Assembly (NCBI RefSeq): GCF_006345805.1
Contig: NW_021833192.1
Span: 1 to 29,004 of the forward strand
DNA: 29,004 nt
Reading direction: 5' to 3'
Source of the DNA: Octopus sinensis
Taxonomy: Eukaryota
The number at the start of each line of letters is the position of its first letter. The first letter of the stretch is position 1. This document shows positions 10,686-20,729 of the stretch, piece by piece. The position numbers were made by a program, and so were the translations under genes. The notes under the pieces were generated by a model. It made no database searches. It saw only the letters and a program-made list of their open reading frames with translations, and had not been told where the DNA came from.

Positions 10686-10783
10686 TACGGCTTCTCTCTG
10701 TTTCCGTCTACCAAATCCACTCACAAGGCTTTGGTCGACCCGAGGCTATAGTAGAAGACACTTGTTTAAGGTGCTACGCAGTG
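10684..10783 (-). mobile_element. SINE family B core fragment
   Basis: Matches the B core and shares diagnostic variants with 6714-6815. It is preceded by (TA)n at 10629-10684. Confidence 0.88.
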
Positions 10784-11070
10784 ATACTTGATGCTGCAGG
10801 TCTTGAGGTAGATGGGGATGTTTAAGCCCAGATCGACATAGATGGAGCAAGTATATGATCATATATGTCTCAGATGTAACCATCCAGTTTTCTTTTCTTA
10901 TTATGTCTACACTGACATTTTCTTTCCACATATAAAGCAATGGAGACTGATGAGGTGGTTTGGATGCAATTTCTGGAAAGTTGGTCAATCACAAAGAAGA
11001 GCTCTTATTTGCTGGTGCAAGTCACGTGTTCTTCATAGATCATCCATGTCTTCGTATTGTGGTCATTAAT
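10784..11070 (-). mobile_element. Possible decayed RTE-like reverse transcriptase C-terminal fragment
   Basis: Minus-frame LSRNCIQTTSSVSIALYVE...KKRKLDGY resembles the RTE-type LKRNFFRATVESVLLYG...EKKLDGNY block (by eye, with stops). Confidence 0.4.
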
Positions 11071-11245
11071 TATTCTGTTGTCACAGCATTGGCCATTTTG
11101 TCTTAAATAGTGTCTCTGTTACTCGAAGATCTGTTACATATTTGGTCGCTATATTACAAAAAATATTTCCGCTCTTTATACTGAGTAGATCAAGACAGTG
11201 TGTAGATATTTTCTCACAGCTTGTTAATATTACTGCTGTCTTTCA

Positions 11246-11440
11246 AGACGGCGAGCTGTCCGAATAGTTAGCCTGCCGGGCAAAATTCTCTGTGGCATGT
11301 CATCCGTCTTCAAGTTCTGAGTTCAATGTCATTCTTTCGGGGTCGATAAAGTAAGTACCAGTTGACTACTGGGGTCGATGCAAACGACTTATCTCCCTGC
11401 ACCGTAATTGATGACCTTGTGTTAAAATTTGAAATTAATA
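11246..11440 (+). mobile_element. Degenerate SINE family C (C2 tail variant)
   Basis: GGCGAGCTG head, GAGTTCAA, GGGGTCGATAAAGTAAGTACCAG, and CCTTGTGTTAAAATTTGAAA tail. Confidence 0.75.
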
Positions 11441-11689
11441 TTAGTGCTGTCTATACTTTACCGTTATCTTTGTGGCAGGGAATGGATCTGCCAAAATTTA
11501 TAACTTAAACGTAAGAAATTCTTAAAGGCAGCTATGAAAAAGGTTTGCCAGTCTTATAAGTTTTCTTTCGCAGGTTTCAATGAAAAGGTAAGCTTGTCAC
11601 TGTACGCCCCAGGGCTGTCCTACTCCAGTAGACCTATTATGAAAGCATTCCTGTCGTGACTATCAGGATTTTTCTTTCAGTTACAGTCT

Positions 11690-12208
11690 ATCTAAAAGGA
11701 TAACTTAGGTGTCAGCCAGTAGAGGTCCAGGCCATGTCTGACTTAATAGCACCACCTGGGGAAGTCTGTTAGTCATATATGGGACATCATGACCGACTCA
11801 AGCAAGGAGTTATTATTGTTGGAGTCATATCCGGGTGTAGGAGGTTGGTCTGGGATTTTTTTTTGAGAAATTCGTCCAGAAAAACTTTTGAATTGGATGG
11901 AATCCGTTTCCGTTTTTACGTATTTTGGTATAATATTAAAGAGAGCTGGACCGGTTGAGGTGAAGTTGTTGCGTCGAAATTTTGTTTTGTGTCATGAGTT
12001 CGATTTCTGTAGTGGGCGGATAGCACGGGGACTAATTCTTGGATGAGTTTTATAATTGATGCCAACATAATTTGTGCAATATTGATGGAATATTTTCCAC
12101 ATCGCACAAATGAGTTACTGCTAGCGGCGGCGTTGGAAAGAGTAGAGATTGAGTTTTTTTAGTCGACCCAACTTTTTTAGTTGACCCAACTTTTTTAGTC
12201 GACCTAGC
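11690..12208 (-). mobile_element. CR1/L2-group LINE: decayed ORF2 C-terminus and 3' tail
   Basis: Minus strand, with stops and one frameshift: RLKKLNLYSFQRRR..MWKIFHQ..GINYKTHPRI..NNFTSTGPALFNIIPKYVK..FKS..IPDQPPTPGY..NNSLLE. This matches the typical ..LNLYSLQRRR../GPxLFNxLP../IPDxPxxxGY end of CR1/L2-group ORF2. Confidence 0.8.
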
Positions 12209-12689
12209 TATAATTTGAGGGAAATTTAGCCGCTAAGACTACCAGGTCAAGACAAAGGTTTGTGCCTCCTTCATTAAGGATTAATGCTGATGGCGGTGGC
12301 GGCGGCGGTGATTTTTTGTCATCACAAGAAAGACGGTGATGTGTTTGGTGTGGTTTTGCAGACTTATTTTTAAACTTGAGTAAAGTTGATATTTCTTGTT
12401 GATGTTATCTCAGATTTATGTGTTAAAGGTTGTAATATTGTTAATTGTTTGAGATGCTGCTTCTTAGATCAAACAAACCGCGAGCTTTCCAAGAAACTTC
12501 CCTTAGGAGTGACTCAATACGCAGGAAAAAAATGTCAGATTTCTATTGTAATGGTAAAAATGAAGGAGCGTTGATTTTTTATTATTTTTTTGTAGTGAAG
12601 AGCTGCCGGTCATCTTGAATAAAACCAATAACATTACTGACACGAGTAGGTGTGACGTTGCTTTTCCGTGTTGCGTGGGTGCTGTTCAT

Positions 12690-13080
12690 TTTTGTTTGAG
12701 CTGCGGATCAACGACATAAAGATATGTTGTTACACTGTGTGTCGCTTACTTTTGTCTGTTTGAACTGAAGATTGGTGGCAATACTATGATGTTATACAGT
12801 GCTGTGTAGTGTCTGCTTGAGCCACAGATCAACGACATAAAGATATATTGTTACACTGTGCTGTGTGTCGCTTATTTTTGTCTGTTTGAACTGAAGATTG
12901 GTGGCAATACTATGATCTTATACAGTGCTGTGTAGTGTCTGCTTGAGCCACAGATCAACGACATAATGATATAATTTGATACATTGCGCTGTAGCATTTT
13001 TGTCTGTTTCAGGCGCAAATCAAGGATAATATGCTGTCCCATAGTACAGTATAGTGTTCAATCTGCTCGAGCCGTTGAAC
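12690..13080. repeat. Minisatellite with 121/126-bp dimeric unit built from ~60-bp subunits
   Basis: GATCAACGACATAA recurs at 12706, 12827 and 12953; the intervening sequences are nearly identical. Confidence 0.85.
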
Positions 13081-13177
13081 AACACAGAGATCTGTGTGTT
13101 TTTTTGCACGATGGGTATCACTCCAGTTCCTCTCTTTACAAGCAACAAATATACAATACTATGATCATTTACTGTAC

Positions 13178-13581
13178 GGTATTGTATTGTACCAGCTTCG
13201 TCTGCCGTTACGTTCTGAGTTCAAATTCCGCCGAGGTCGACTTTGCCTTTCATCCTTTCGGGGTCGATTAAATAAGTACCAGTTACGCACTGGGGTCGAT
13301 GTAATCGACTTAATACCTATGTCTGTCCTTGTTTGTCCCCTCTGTGTTTAGCCCCTTGTGGGTAATAAAGAAATAGGTATTGTATTGTACCAGCTTCGTC
13401 TGCCGTTACGTTGTGAGTTCAAATTCCGCCGAGGTCAACTTTGCCTTTCATCCTTTCGGGGTCGATTAAATAAGTACCAGTTACGCACTGGGGTCGATGT
13501 AATCGACTTAATACCTATGTCTGTCCTTGTTTGTCTCCTCTGTGTTTAGCCCCTTGTGGGTAGTAAAGAAATAGGTATTGT
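13178..13581 (+). mobile_element. Head-to-tail tandem pair of 5'-truncated SINE C units (198-bp period)
   Basis: Units 13178-13375 and 13376-13573 differ at 4 positions. GGTATTGT recurs at 13178, 13376 and 13574. Confidence 0.92.
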
Positions 13582-13846
13582 TGGAACAGCAAACCTATGA
13601 CACAATGATATGTTGTTATACAGTGTTACTGTACAGTTCCACCAGTTCATCGCTGCTCGAGCGTAACTCATCAACATATGACGACAGCTGATTAAAGAAT
13701 TGCTTAATCAATGTTCCTTGCTGTGATCGTTCCATCATTATTGGCGCTTTTATGAACATCCTCACGTGCTTCGTTAGGGTTCTTCACATTCGTCCGTAAT
13801 AAACCTTTACAAAACCATAATGCCGAACTACAGTTAAATGGAAAAA

Positions 13847-14080
<234 letters not shown>

Positions 14081-14324
14081 AACCCTAGCCGTGTTCTCCC
14101 CTTAAAAGGAACCTTCACCCTCTTGTCTGTCAGAAAACTTTCTTTCTCTTCCACTCTTACTCCGAAAGCAACCGTAGGTGGAGGCACCAATAGTCACCAG
14201 TCAAATTTCCTACATAATGGACAATAATATAAAAAACAAAAAAAAATAGACGAGATGGTGATTATCTGGAAGGCTTTTGACCATAGCTAATGACAGACCT
14301 AGGGATCTAAACGCTGTCGCCATC

Positions 14325-14424
14325 ACCACCACCACCACCACCACCACCGCCATCGTCGTCGTTGTCACCATTCTCATCATCATTTTCGCCGTCGTTATCC
14401 TCATTCTTCCCCGTCGTCCTCCTC

Positions 14425-14459
<35 letters not shown>

Positions 14460-14481
14460 CATCATCATCATCATCATCATC
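14325..14481. repeat. Trinucleotide cluster (CAC)n, (CGT)n, (GAT)11-(ATC)n
   Basis: Visible runs; it accounts for the poly-T/V/D/H pseudo-ORFs. Confidence 0.9.
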
Positions 14482-14974
14482 TATGTTTAGTTATAATATT
14501 TCCAGCTGTACCAATAATAATCTAAGCGTTTAACAAAATGTCTCTTGTGCTGCCCGGAAGATTTAGAACTTCAGACATACGACCGCCATATTAGAAATGG
14601 CGGATGTGGCGGCGATGGAGGCGATGGAGGCGGTGTTTGATGTACAACTGATGGTGGTTACAATCACTGTATTTATAGAGATTACGTAGAAGTGCACCAG
14701 TCGTCTCGTCACTGTTGCTGTTTCTTGTGTTGTTGTTGTTGTTGTGAAGAAGCCGTAGGTCCGATCAATCAATCCTGACCCGCGATATAAAAGTCACTGA
14801 TCAAAGATTGAAGGATAACAGATATCTGTATTTCAGACCAGGAGGCCAGAGGTGGTGGTGGTGATGGTGGTGGTGGTGGTGGTGGCGGCGGTAAGGTAGC
14901 AGTGGGGAGTAGTAGTGTCAGTTGTTTTAAGAGCGAAGTTGAGATGCGACGTAATTATATACGTTGTTCATCAT

Positions 14975-15625
14975 TGACAGAATTGTGATAGTGTTGGATA
15001 AAATTTCGTTTCGGTTCTTTATATACTGAGTTCAAATCCCGCCGAGGTCAACCTCATTTGACTTTTATCCTTCCGCTTTCGATAGAATAAAGTACCAGTC
15101 ATGTCCCGGGGTCAATTTATCTCCAGACTTCTGACATTGCACTTATATGAGAAATTACTGGTTGAGAAGACGAAGCCAGCGAACTGACAGACGCGTTGCC
15201 GCACCGGAAAAAATGCTTAGCGGCATTTCTTCCGACTTCCCGTTCAGAGTTCAAATTCAGCCGGGTCTGGCTTTGCCTTTCAGCGTTTAGGTATCGATAA
15301 AATAAGTACCAGTCAAGTACTAGGGTCGATGTAATCGACTTCCCTTCCTCTCAAAAAGTGCTGGTCCTGTGCCAAAACTTGAAACCCTATAAGAGAAGAC
15401 GAAGTCGGCGAACTGGCAGAATCGTTAGCATGTCGGACAACATTCCTAGCAGCATTTCGTCTGTCTTCATGTTCTGAGTTCAAATCTCGTCGAGGTCGAC
15501 ATTACTTTTGATCTCTTCACGGTCGATGTATTAAATACCAGCTGACCACTAGGGGTCGTTGTTATCGACTTACCCACTTCTACAACATTTCAGGCTTTGT
15601 ACGTAAAGTAGAAAGGACTGTTAGG
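14975..15625 (+). mobile_element. Three head-to-tail degenerate SINE C2 copies
   Basis: Three GAGTTCAAAT B-boxes (~15048, ~15248, ~15477), each followed by a GTCGAT/TACCAG domain. GAGAAGACGAAG precedes copies 2 and 3 (15164 and 15393). Confidence 0.75.
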
Positions 15626-15649
15626 GAAGAGATAAAGAGACCGTTTCAC

Positions 15650-15790
15650 AGCTAGGTGGTCACGAATTCGATCCCCCATGTTGGGTGTCCTTTATCACGG
15701 GTCGACGCAGGCCTTGTGTGTGAACTTGGGTAGAAGTGTGTATTTGTGGGTTTGTGTGTAGAAACTGTTTGGAAGCCTGTCGTTTGGATT
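15650..15790 (+). mobile_element. Highly degenerate SINE B-like core
   Basis: GGCCTTGTG..GGTAGA..GAAACTG..GAAGCCTGTCG is collinear with the B core. Confidence 0.45.
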
Positions 15791-15812
15791 GTACACGTAA
15801 TTCAATGATCCA

Positions 15813-15903
15813 GCCTTGCCACACACGTAGAGTCACGCTGATTCTCTATGAAAATTATATTAACGATACGCGCGTCTGTGGAATACTCAGCCGCTCGTAC
15901 GTT
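15813..15903 (+). mobile_element. Isolated fragment of the type-4 SINE tail domain
   Basis: GCCTTG..GTCACGCTGA..CGTCTGTGGAATACTCAGCC..ACGTT matches the tail of 18758-19145. Confidence 0.6.
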
Positions 15904-16149
15904 GTGAAGGTGGTGGCTGCCGAGGGAATCGGCAGAGCCTGTCTACTACACACTGCCACGTGATGTTCATTGATATCCCTTCCGGTCCCCAACTGAAATC
16001 CTTCACTGGTCAGCCCTTTCTTTGTTCCTTTCTAGCTTGCTGACAAAATTACCAGATACTGGACTAGACATAGAAACCAATCCACCCTTCCCATCGCATT
16101 TACATTGTCTTAGTTTCTCTTTTTATTTTTACCCAACAAACATATTCAT

Positions 16150-16640
16150 CCCCTCACTCGCTCACTCACTCAGTCACTCAGTCACTCAGTCACTCAGTCA
16201 CTCAGTCACTCAGTCACTCACTCGCTCACTCACCCACTCACTCACTCACTCACTCACTCACTCACTCACTCATTCACTCATTCACTCACTCACTCATTCA
16301 CTCGCACATTCACTCACTCACTTACCCACTCACTTACCCACTCTCTCACTCACCCACCCACTCAACCACCCACTCAATCACTCACTCACTCATCCTCTCA
16401 CGCACTCACTCACCCACCCACACCCTCACTCACTCACTCTCTCACTCACTAACTCACTCACTCACTCACTCACTCACTAACTCACTCACTCACTCACCCA
16501 CTCGCCCGCTCATTTATTCGCACACTAATCTACTCACTCAACCACCTACTAAATCACTCACTAAACTCACTCAACTCAATTAATCAACCATTCAGTCATT
16601 CAATCAAGCACTCAATCACTCGATCACTCAATCACTGACA
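16150..16640 (+). repeat. (CACT)n degenerate tetranucleotide array
   Basis: Visible array; it accounts for the SLTH pseudo-ORF. Confidence 0.92.
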
Positions 16641-16919
16641 CTTTTTCATTTTACTATTGTGTTTAAGTTGTTGAAGTTGTTAAGAGGCCATATGTTTCGT
16701 CACTCACTTCTCAAATCTCAAAGGAAAATTACCCATCCATCCGTCCGTCCATCCATGCCAGGCTTCAACACTGGTTCCTTCTACGAAATTCCATTCCGAA
16801 GATACTGAACAATTCGAGGCTACATTAGAAACACTCTGCCAATTTGCCTGATAGAATGATCGACTTAGATCGATGAGGCTGTGAAAGGAACGTTCAACTA
16901 GACTTCAACCTGCCCATGT

Positions 16920-17010
16920 TTACACCACATACATCAAATCTACAAAAACAACACCTTTCCTACTTACATGCTCTCTAGAAACATCATCAACATACAAAAA
17001 GGAGCTCAAC
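16920..17010 (+). mobile_element. Possible Penelope-like RT thumb fragment
   Basis: Translates HTSNLQKQHLSYLHAL*KHHQHTKRS, resembling the PLE motif xTSxYxKPTDxxSYLxxxSxHPxHTKRS. Short and decayed. Confidence 0.35.
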
Positions 17011-17253
17011 TCCCCTGACCATTACCCCTACCTCTCTCCGTCTCTCTCTATCCACAAATTTTCCGTAAAGGATTTCATCTACAGAAGTTCAGCTTAAACT
17101 GCATCACCTCCATTAATCACACTAATCTGTTAATGGCTTGCAAATCTACCTGCTGGAAGAGTTATGTTTTTTTCAGCGATAAAACCGGATGACTATCTTT
17201 ACTACGTTCGATATTTATTTACCAAACGGTTTGCATTTTATTATTTTTATGAT

Positions 17254-17298
17254 ACTTATTTAAGTAAGAAAAGCACTTATTTAAGTAAGAAAAGCACT
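17254..17298. repeat. Perfect 21-bp tandem duplication
   Basis: ACTTATTTAAGTAAGAAAAGC twice, plus ACT. Confidence 0.9.
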
Positions 17299-17399
17299 CG
17301 TTCGTTTATTATGAAGTATTTTGCCATATAAAGGCGTGTCCTAGCTTGATAGTAGTTCAATGACAGAAAGTTAATGAATGGACACTGATTATCATTTAT

Positions 17400-17605
17400 A
17401 TGGGTTTCAAAATTTGGTGCAAAGAAAAGGAATTGTGTGAAAGAGGGGAGTCGATTACATCGACTCCAATATTCAACTCGTACTTATTTATTCAACCCGT
17501 AAAAGATAAAATGCAAAGTTGACTTCGATGGAATTTGAACTAATAACGTAAAACCGCACGAAACATTTTGCCTGCCGTACTAACGTTGCTGCCAGTTCGT
17601 TGCCT
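17400..17605 (-). mobile_element. Degenerate SINE C2
   Basis: Reverse complement reads GGCAACGAACTGGCAG..GTTAG..AGTTCAAATTCC..TAAGTAC..GTCGATGTAATCGACT..CCAAATTTTGAAACC. Confidence 0.7.
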
Positions 17606-17647
17606 TGTTTATTATTAATATCAAAAAGACAGAATAAGGCTGTTAGC

Positions 17648-17745
17648 TGAGTTCAAATTCCGCCGAGGTCGACTCTGCCTTTCATCATTTCAGTGTCGAT
17701 AAATTATGTACCAGTTGCGTACTGGGGTTGATCTAATCAACCTCA
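17648..17745 (+). mobile_element. SINE C internal fragment
   Basis: GAGTTCAAATTCCGCCGAGGTCGACTCTGCCTTTCATC..GTCGATAAATTATGTACCAG. Confidence 0.8.
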
Positions 17746-17770
17746 GTACGCAACAAGTACTTAATTTATA

Positions 17771-17957
17771 GGTGCAGGAGTGGCTGTGTGGTGAGTAGCT
17801 TGCTTACCAACCACATGGTTCCGGGTTCAGTCCCACTGCGTGACACTTTGGGCAAATGTCTTCTACTATAGCCCCGGGCCGGCCAAAGCCTTGTGAATGG
17901 ATCTGGTAGACAGAAACTGAAAGAAGCCCGTCGTATATATGTATATGTATGTATATA

Positions 17958-17998
<41 letters not shown>

Positions 17999-18195
17999 TT
18001 GTCCTCCCAACATCGCTTGACAACTGATGATGGTGAGTTTACATCCCCGTAACTTAGCGGTTCGGCAAAAGAGACCGATAGAATAAGTACTAGGCTCACA
18101 AAGAATAAGTCCGGGGGTCGATTTGCTTGACTAAAGGCGGTGCTCCAGCATGGCCGCAGTCAAATGACTGCAACAAGTAAAAGAGTAAAAGAGTA
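17771..18195 (+). mobile_element. Full-length SINE family B
   Basis: GGTGCAGGAGTGGCTGTGTGG head through the internal (TA)/(TG) tract to the ...CAAGTAAAAGAGTAAAAGAGTA tail. Confidence 0.93.
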
Positions 18196-18235
18196 GTCGA
18201 CTAGAGCAGAAAAGAATATTAAAAAGTCAGTAGAG

Positions 18236-18440
18236 TGCGGCATATTGGCAGAACCGTTAGCGCGTCGGACAAAATGCTTAGCAGCATTTCTTCCAGATCT
18301 TTACTTTCCGAGTTCAAATTCCGCAGAGGTCGGCTAAGATTTCATCGATGAAGTAAGTAACAGTCAAACAATGGGGTCGATAAAATCAACTTGCCTCTTC
18401 CTGTCAATATTGTTGGTCTGAGGCCAAAATTAGGACAGTC
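18236..18440 (+). mobile_element. Degenerate SINE C2
   Basis: TGGCAGAACCGTTAGC..GAGTTCAAATTCCGCAGAGGTCG..GGGGTCGATAAAATCAACTT. Confidence 0.72.
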
Positions 18441-18757
18441 GCTGTTAGATGAAGAGGAAGAACATCAGATTCAATTTTCAGGAACTTGGTGACTCTTAAC
18501 TCTCCACTAATTGCATCCGCTATTCACGGCAAGAAACACTCGTGTATTACAATAAATTACTTAATGGAACTCGTTCAACTAGTTTAATGAAATGGCACGG
18601 TACTGGTGTAGTGCACTGGTTGAGTTTACCGCAGCAGAATCTAATTGACGCGTATTTTTATTTCAACACACGGTTAAAAAATAAAGACTGGAATCATACG
18701 TATTATTTTTCTATAATGCTACGCAATCTTTACTATGGTAATTACGTCATTAAAGAC

Positions 18758-19145
18758 TCATGGAAGCACTCCGTCGGTAACGACGACGAGGTTTTCGGTT
18801 GATCCGAATCAACGGAACAGCCTGCTCGTGAAATTAACGTGTAAGTGGCTGAGCACTCCACAGACACGTGCACCCTTAACGTAGTTCTCGGGAATATTCA
18901 GCGTGTCACAGAGAGTGACAAGGCCGGCCCTTTGAAATACAGGTACAACAGAAACAGGAAGTAAGAGTGAGTGAAAGTTGTGGTGAAAGAGTACAGCAGG
19001 GATCACCACCATCCTCTGCCGGAGACTTGTGGAGCTTTAGGTGTTTTCGCTCAATAAGCACTCACAACGCCCGATCTGGGAATCGAAACCGCGATCCTAT
19101 GACCGCGAGTCCGCTGCCCTAACCACTGGGCCTTTGCGCCTCCAC
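18758..19145 (-). mobile_element. Full-length SINE family A, tail type 4, with 7-bp TSD
   Basis: Head with A/B-box-like motifs, A core, and tail ...GAGAACTACGTTAAGGG..CCGACGGAGTGCTTCCA. TSD TAAAGAC at 18751-18757 and 19146-19152. Confidence 0.92.
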
Positions 19146-19629
19146 TAAAGACAGATATAAAGAATCCAAAACCCACAAAAGTTTATTACATTCACCCACA
19201 TTTATTTGTTGTGGTGTCAAATTTTTCGTTGTATTTCTGTACTTTTGTCAGCGTCACAACTCCTCTGCAACTGCTGAATATTAATTCCAAGACTATTTTG
19301 ATAATCTGCAAGTTTTCTAAGATTGATTTAACTCGCTTTGTTTTTGTTTTAATTTCTGTTTTTATTTTGTTTTTATTTCTATTATTCAGTTGCAGCCTGA
19401 CATTTTGACACGCGTCGAGGTCAATCGTTTTTCGGTTTACAACTGTCACTAAATTTGTTCATTTACTTTGGAACAATTCCTGATTTGTTTTTCCTCCTTC
19501 CTTTATCTTATAGTACAAATATTATGGAATCTATTCATTCTTAATGCATTCTGGCAGATGCCCTGTCTTATTTCGTCCTCAGAGACAAACTTTTCTTTTT
19601 TTTTTTAGATATGCACTTCTTTGATTTAA

Positions 19630-19686
19630 GAGGATTCTGAAACATTGCAATGTTTCGACCTTATTCTGAGACTCATCAGTTAAAGC
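19630..19686 (-). ncRNA. Degenerate hammerhead-like motif
   Basis: Minus strand CTGATGA-gtctcagaataaggtc-GAAA-CATTGCAATGTT with a palindromic helix III. Helices I and II contain mismatches. Confidence 0.4.
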
Positions 19687-20509
19687 AAGCTCAGATAAAG
19701 GGGGTAGATATTCTCTGAAGACGAAATACAACAGCGATCGGTGTATTTCCGTTCAAAACCTACGAAAAAGTAATAAAAATGAAAGATGCTCTTTTGCTTT
19801 GATTTTCACCATTTTAAGTGCACCTCATAAATTATCGATTTGGCAGACATGAGAACGTATCAGTACATAATAATTTTGCTGATTTCTATTAGCTAATCTC
19901 TGTAGTTATAAACGTCTAGAATTAATGGATCCGGATAAGCTTTGACTGGACAGAGACAATAAGGTCGAAACACTGCTGTGTTTCCAAGCCCCTTTACTCC
20001 CATTGAATCACGTATGTTATGAGGAGATGTTCTCTAATGGCGAAATACTGCAGCGCTTAGCATATTCACACTCGAATCTGCCAGAACATATTAAGAATGA
20101 TACGTAATTTAATGAGATTCCGGCTGGTTTGCACAAATCTCATGAATTTTTTTGTAATTATATTCCTGCCGAGTTGATTTTACCGTATATATCATAGTGG
20201 TGAGTCTGTCGTGGTGATCAATGCGGTAAAATAAATTAAGTCCTTTTGAACAACATGGACCGTTTCCCGCCTTCGGTTTGCTATTATTGAACTGATCAAG
20301 GCACCACCTAGCGAGTCTCATCTTCGCCCTGGTGTTCTTCGCTATGTTGTATTATCACCATATGTTATACTTTCGTTCAACATTGATGCTGGTTTTTTTA
20401 TAATAAAGTTGTGGCTAACACTAAACCTCATTTGTTTGCTATGTTGTGTTATCTTCCAAATACGTAACCACCCGCGTTTTGGATAGATCAGGGGCTTAAG
20501 GTGAGAGAG

Positions 20510-20690
20510 TGAAAGCAAAACAGAGAGAGAGAGAATGAGAGAGAGAAAGGGGGAGAGAGGGATGAAGGTAAATAAAAGGAAGGAGAGAGAGAAAGAAAAA
20601 ACACATAATGGAAAGAAAGAAAGAAAGGTAAAGAGACATGGAGAAATAGACAGATAGATAGATAGAGGGAGTGAAAGAAAGATTGTACGA

Positions 20691-20729
<39 letters not shown>

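Noticed and set aside
8520-13581. CRISPR-like repeat arrays (11-bp, 121-bp and 198-bp periodicities)
   Set aside because: Units are contiguous with no unique spacers, there are no cas genes, and the context is eukaryotic.
14180-14290. NFLHNGQ*YKKQKK, resembling the PLE FxFNGQYYKQ motif
   Set aside because: Too short and A-rich to support without a profile search.
14210-14525. Poly-T/V/D/H ORFs suggesting a low-complexity protein exon
   Set aside because: They are explained by trinucleotide microsatellites, with no splice or domain evidence.
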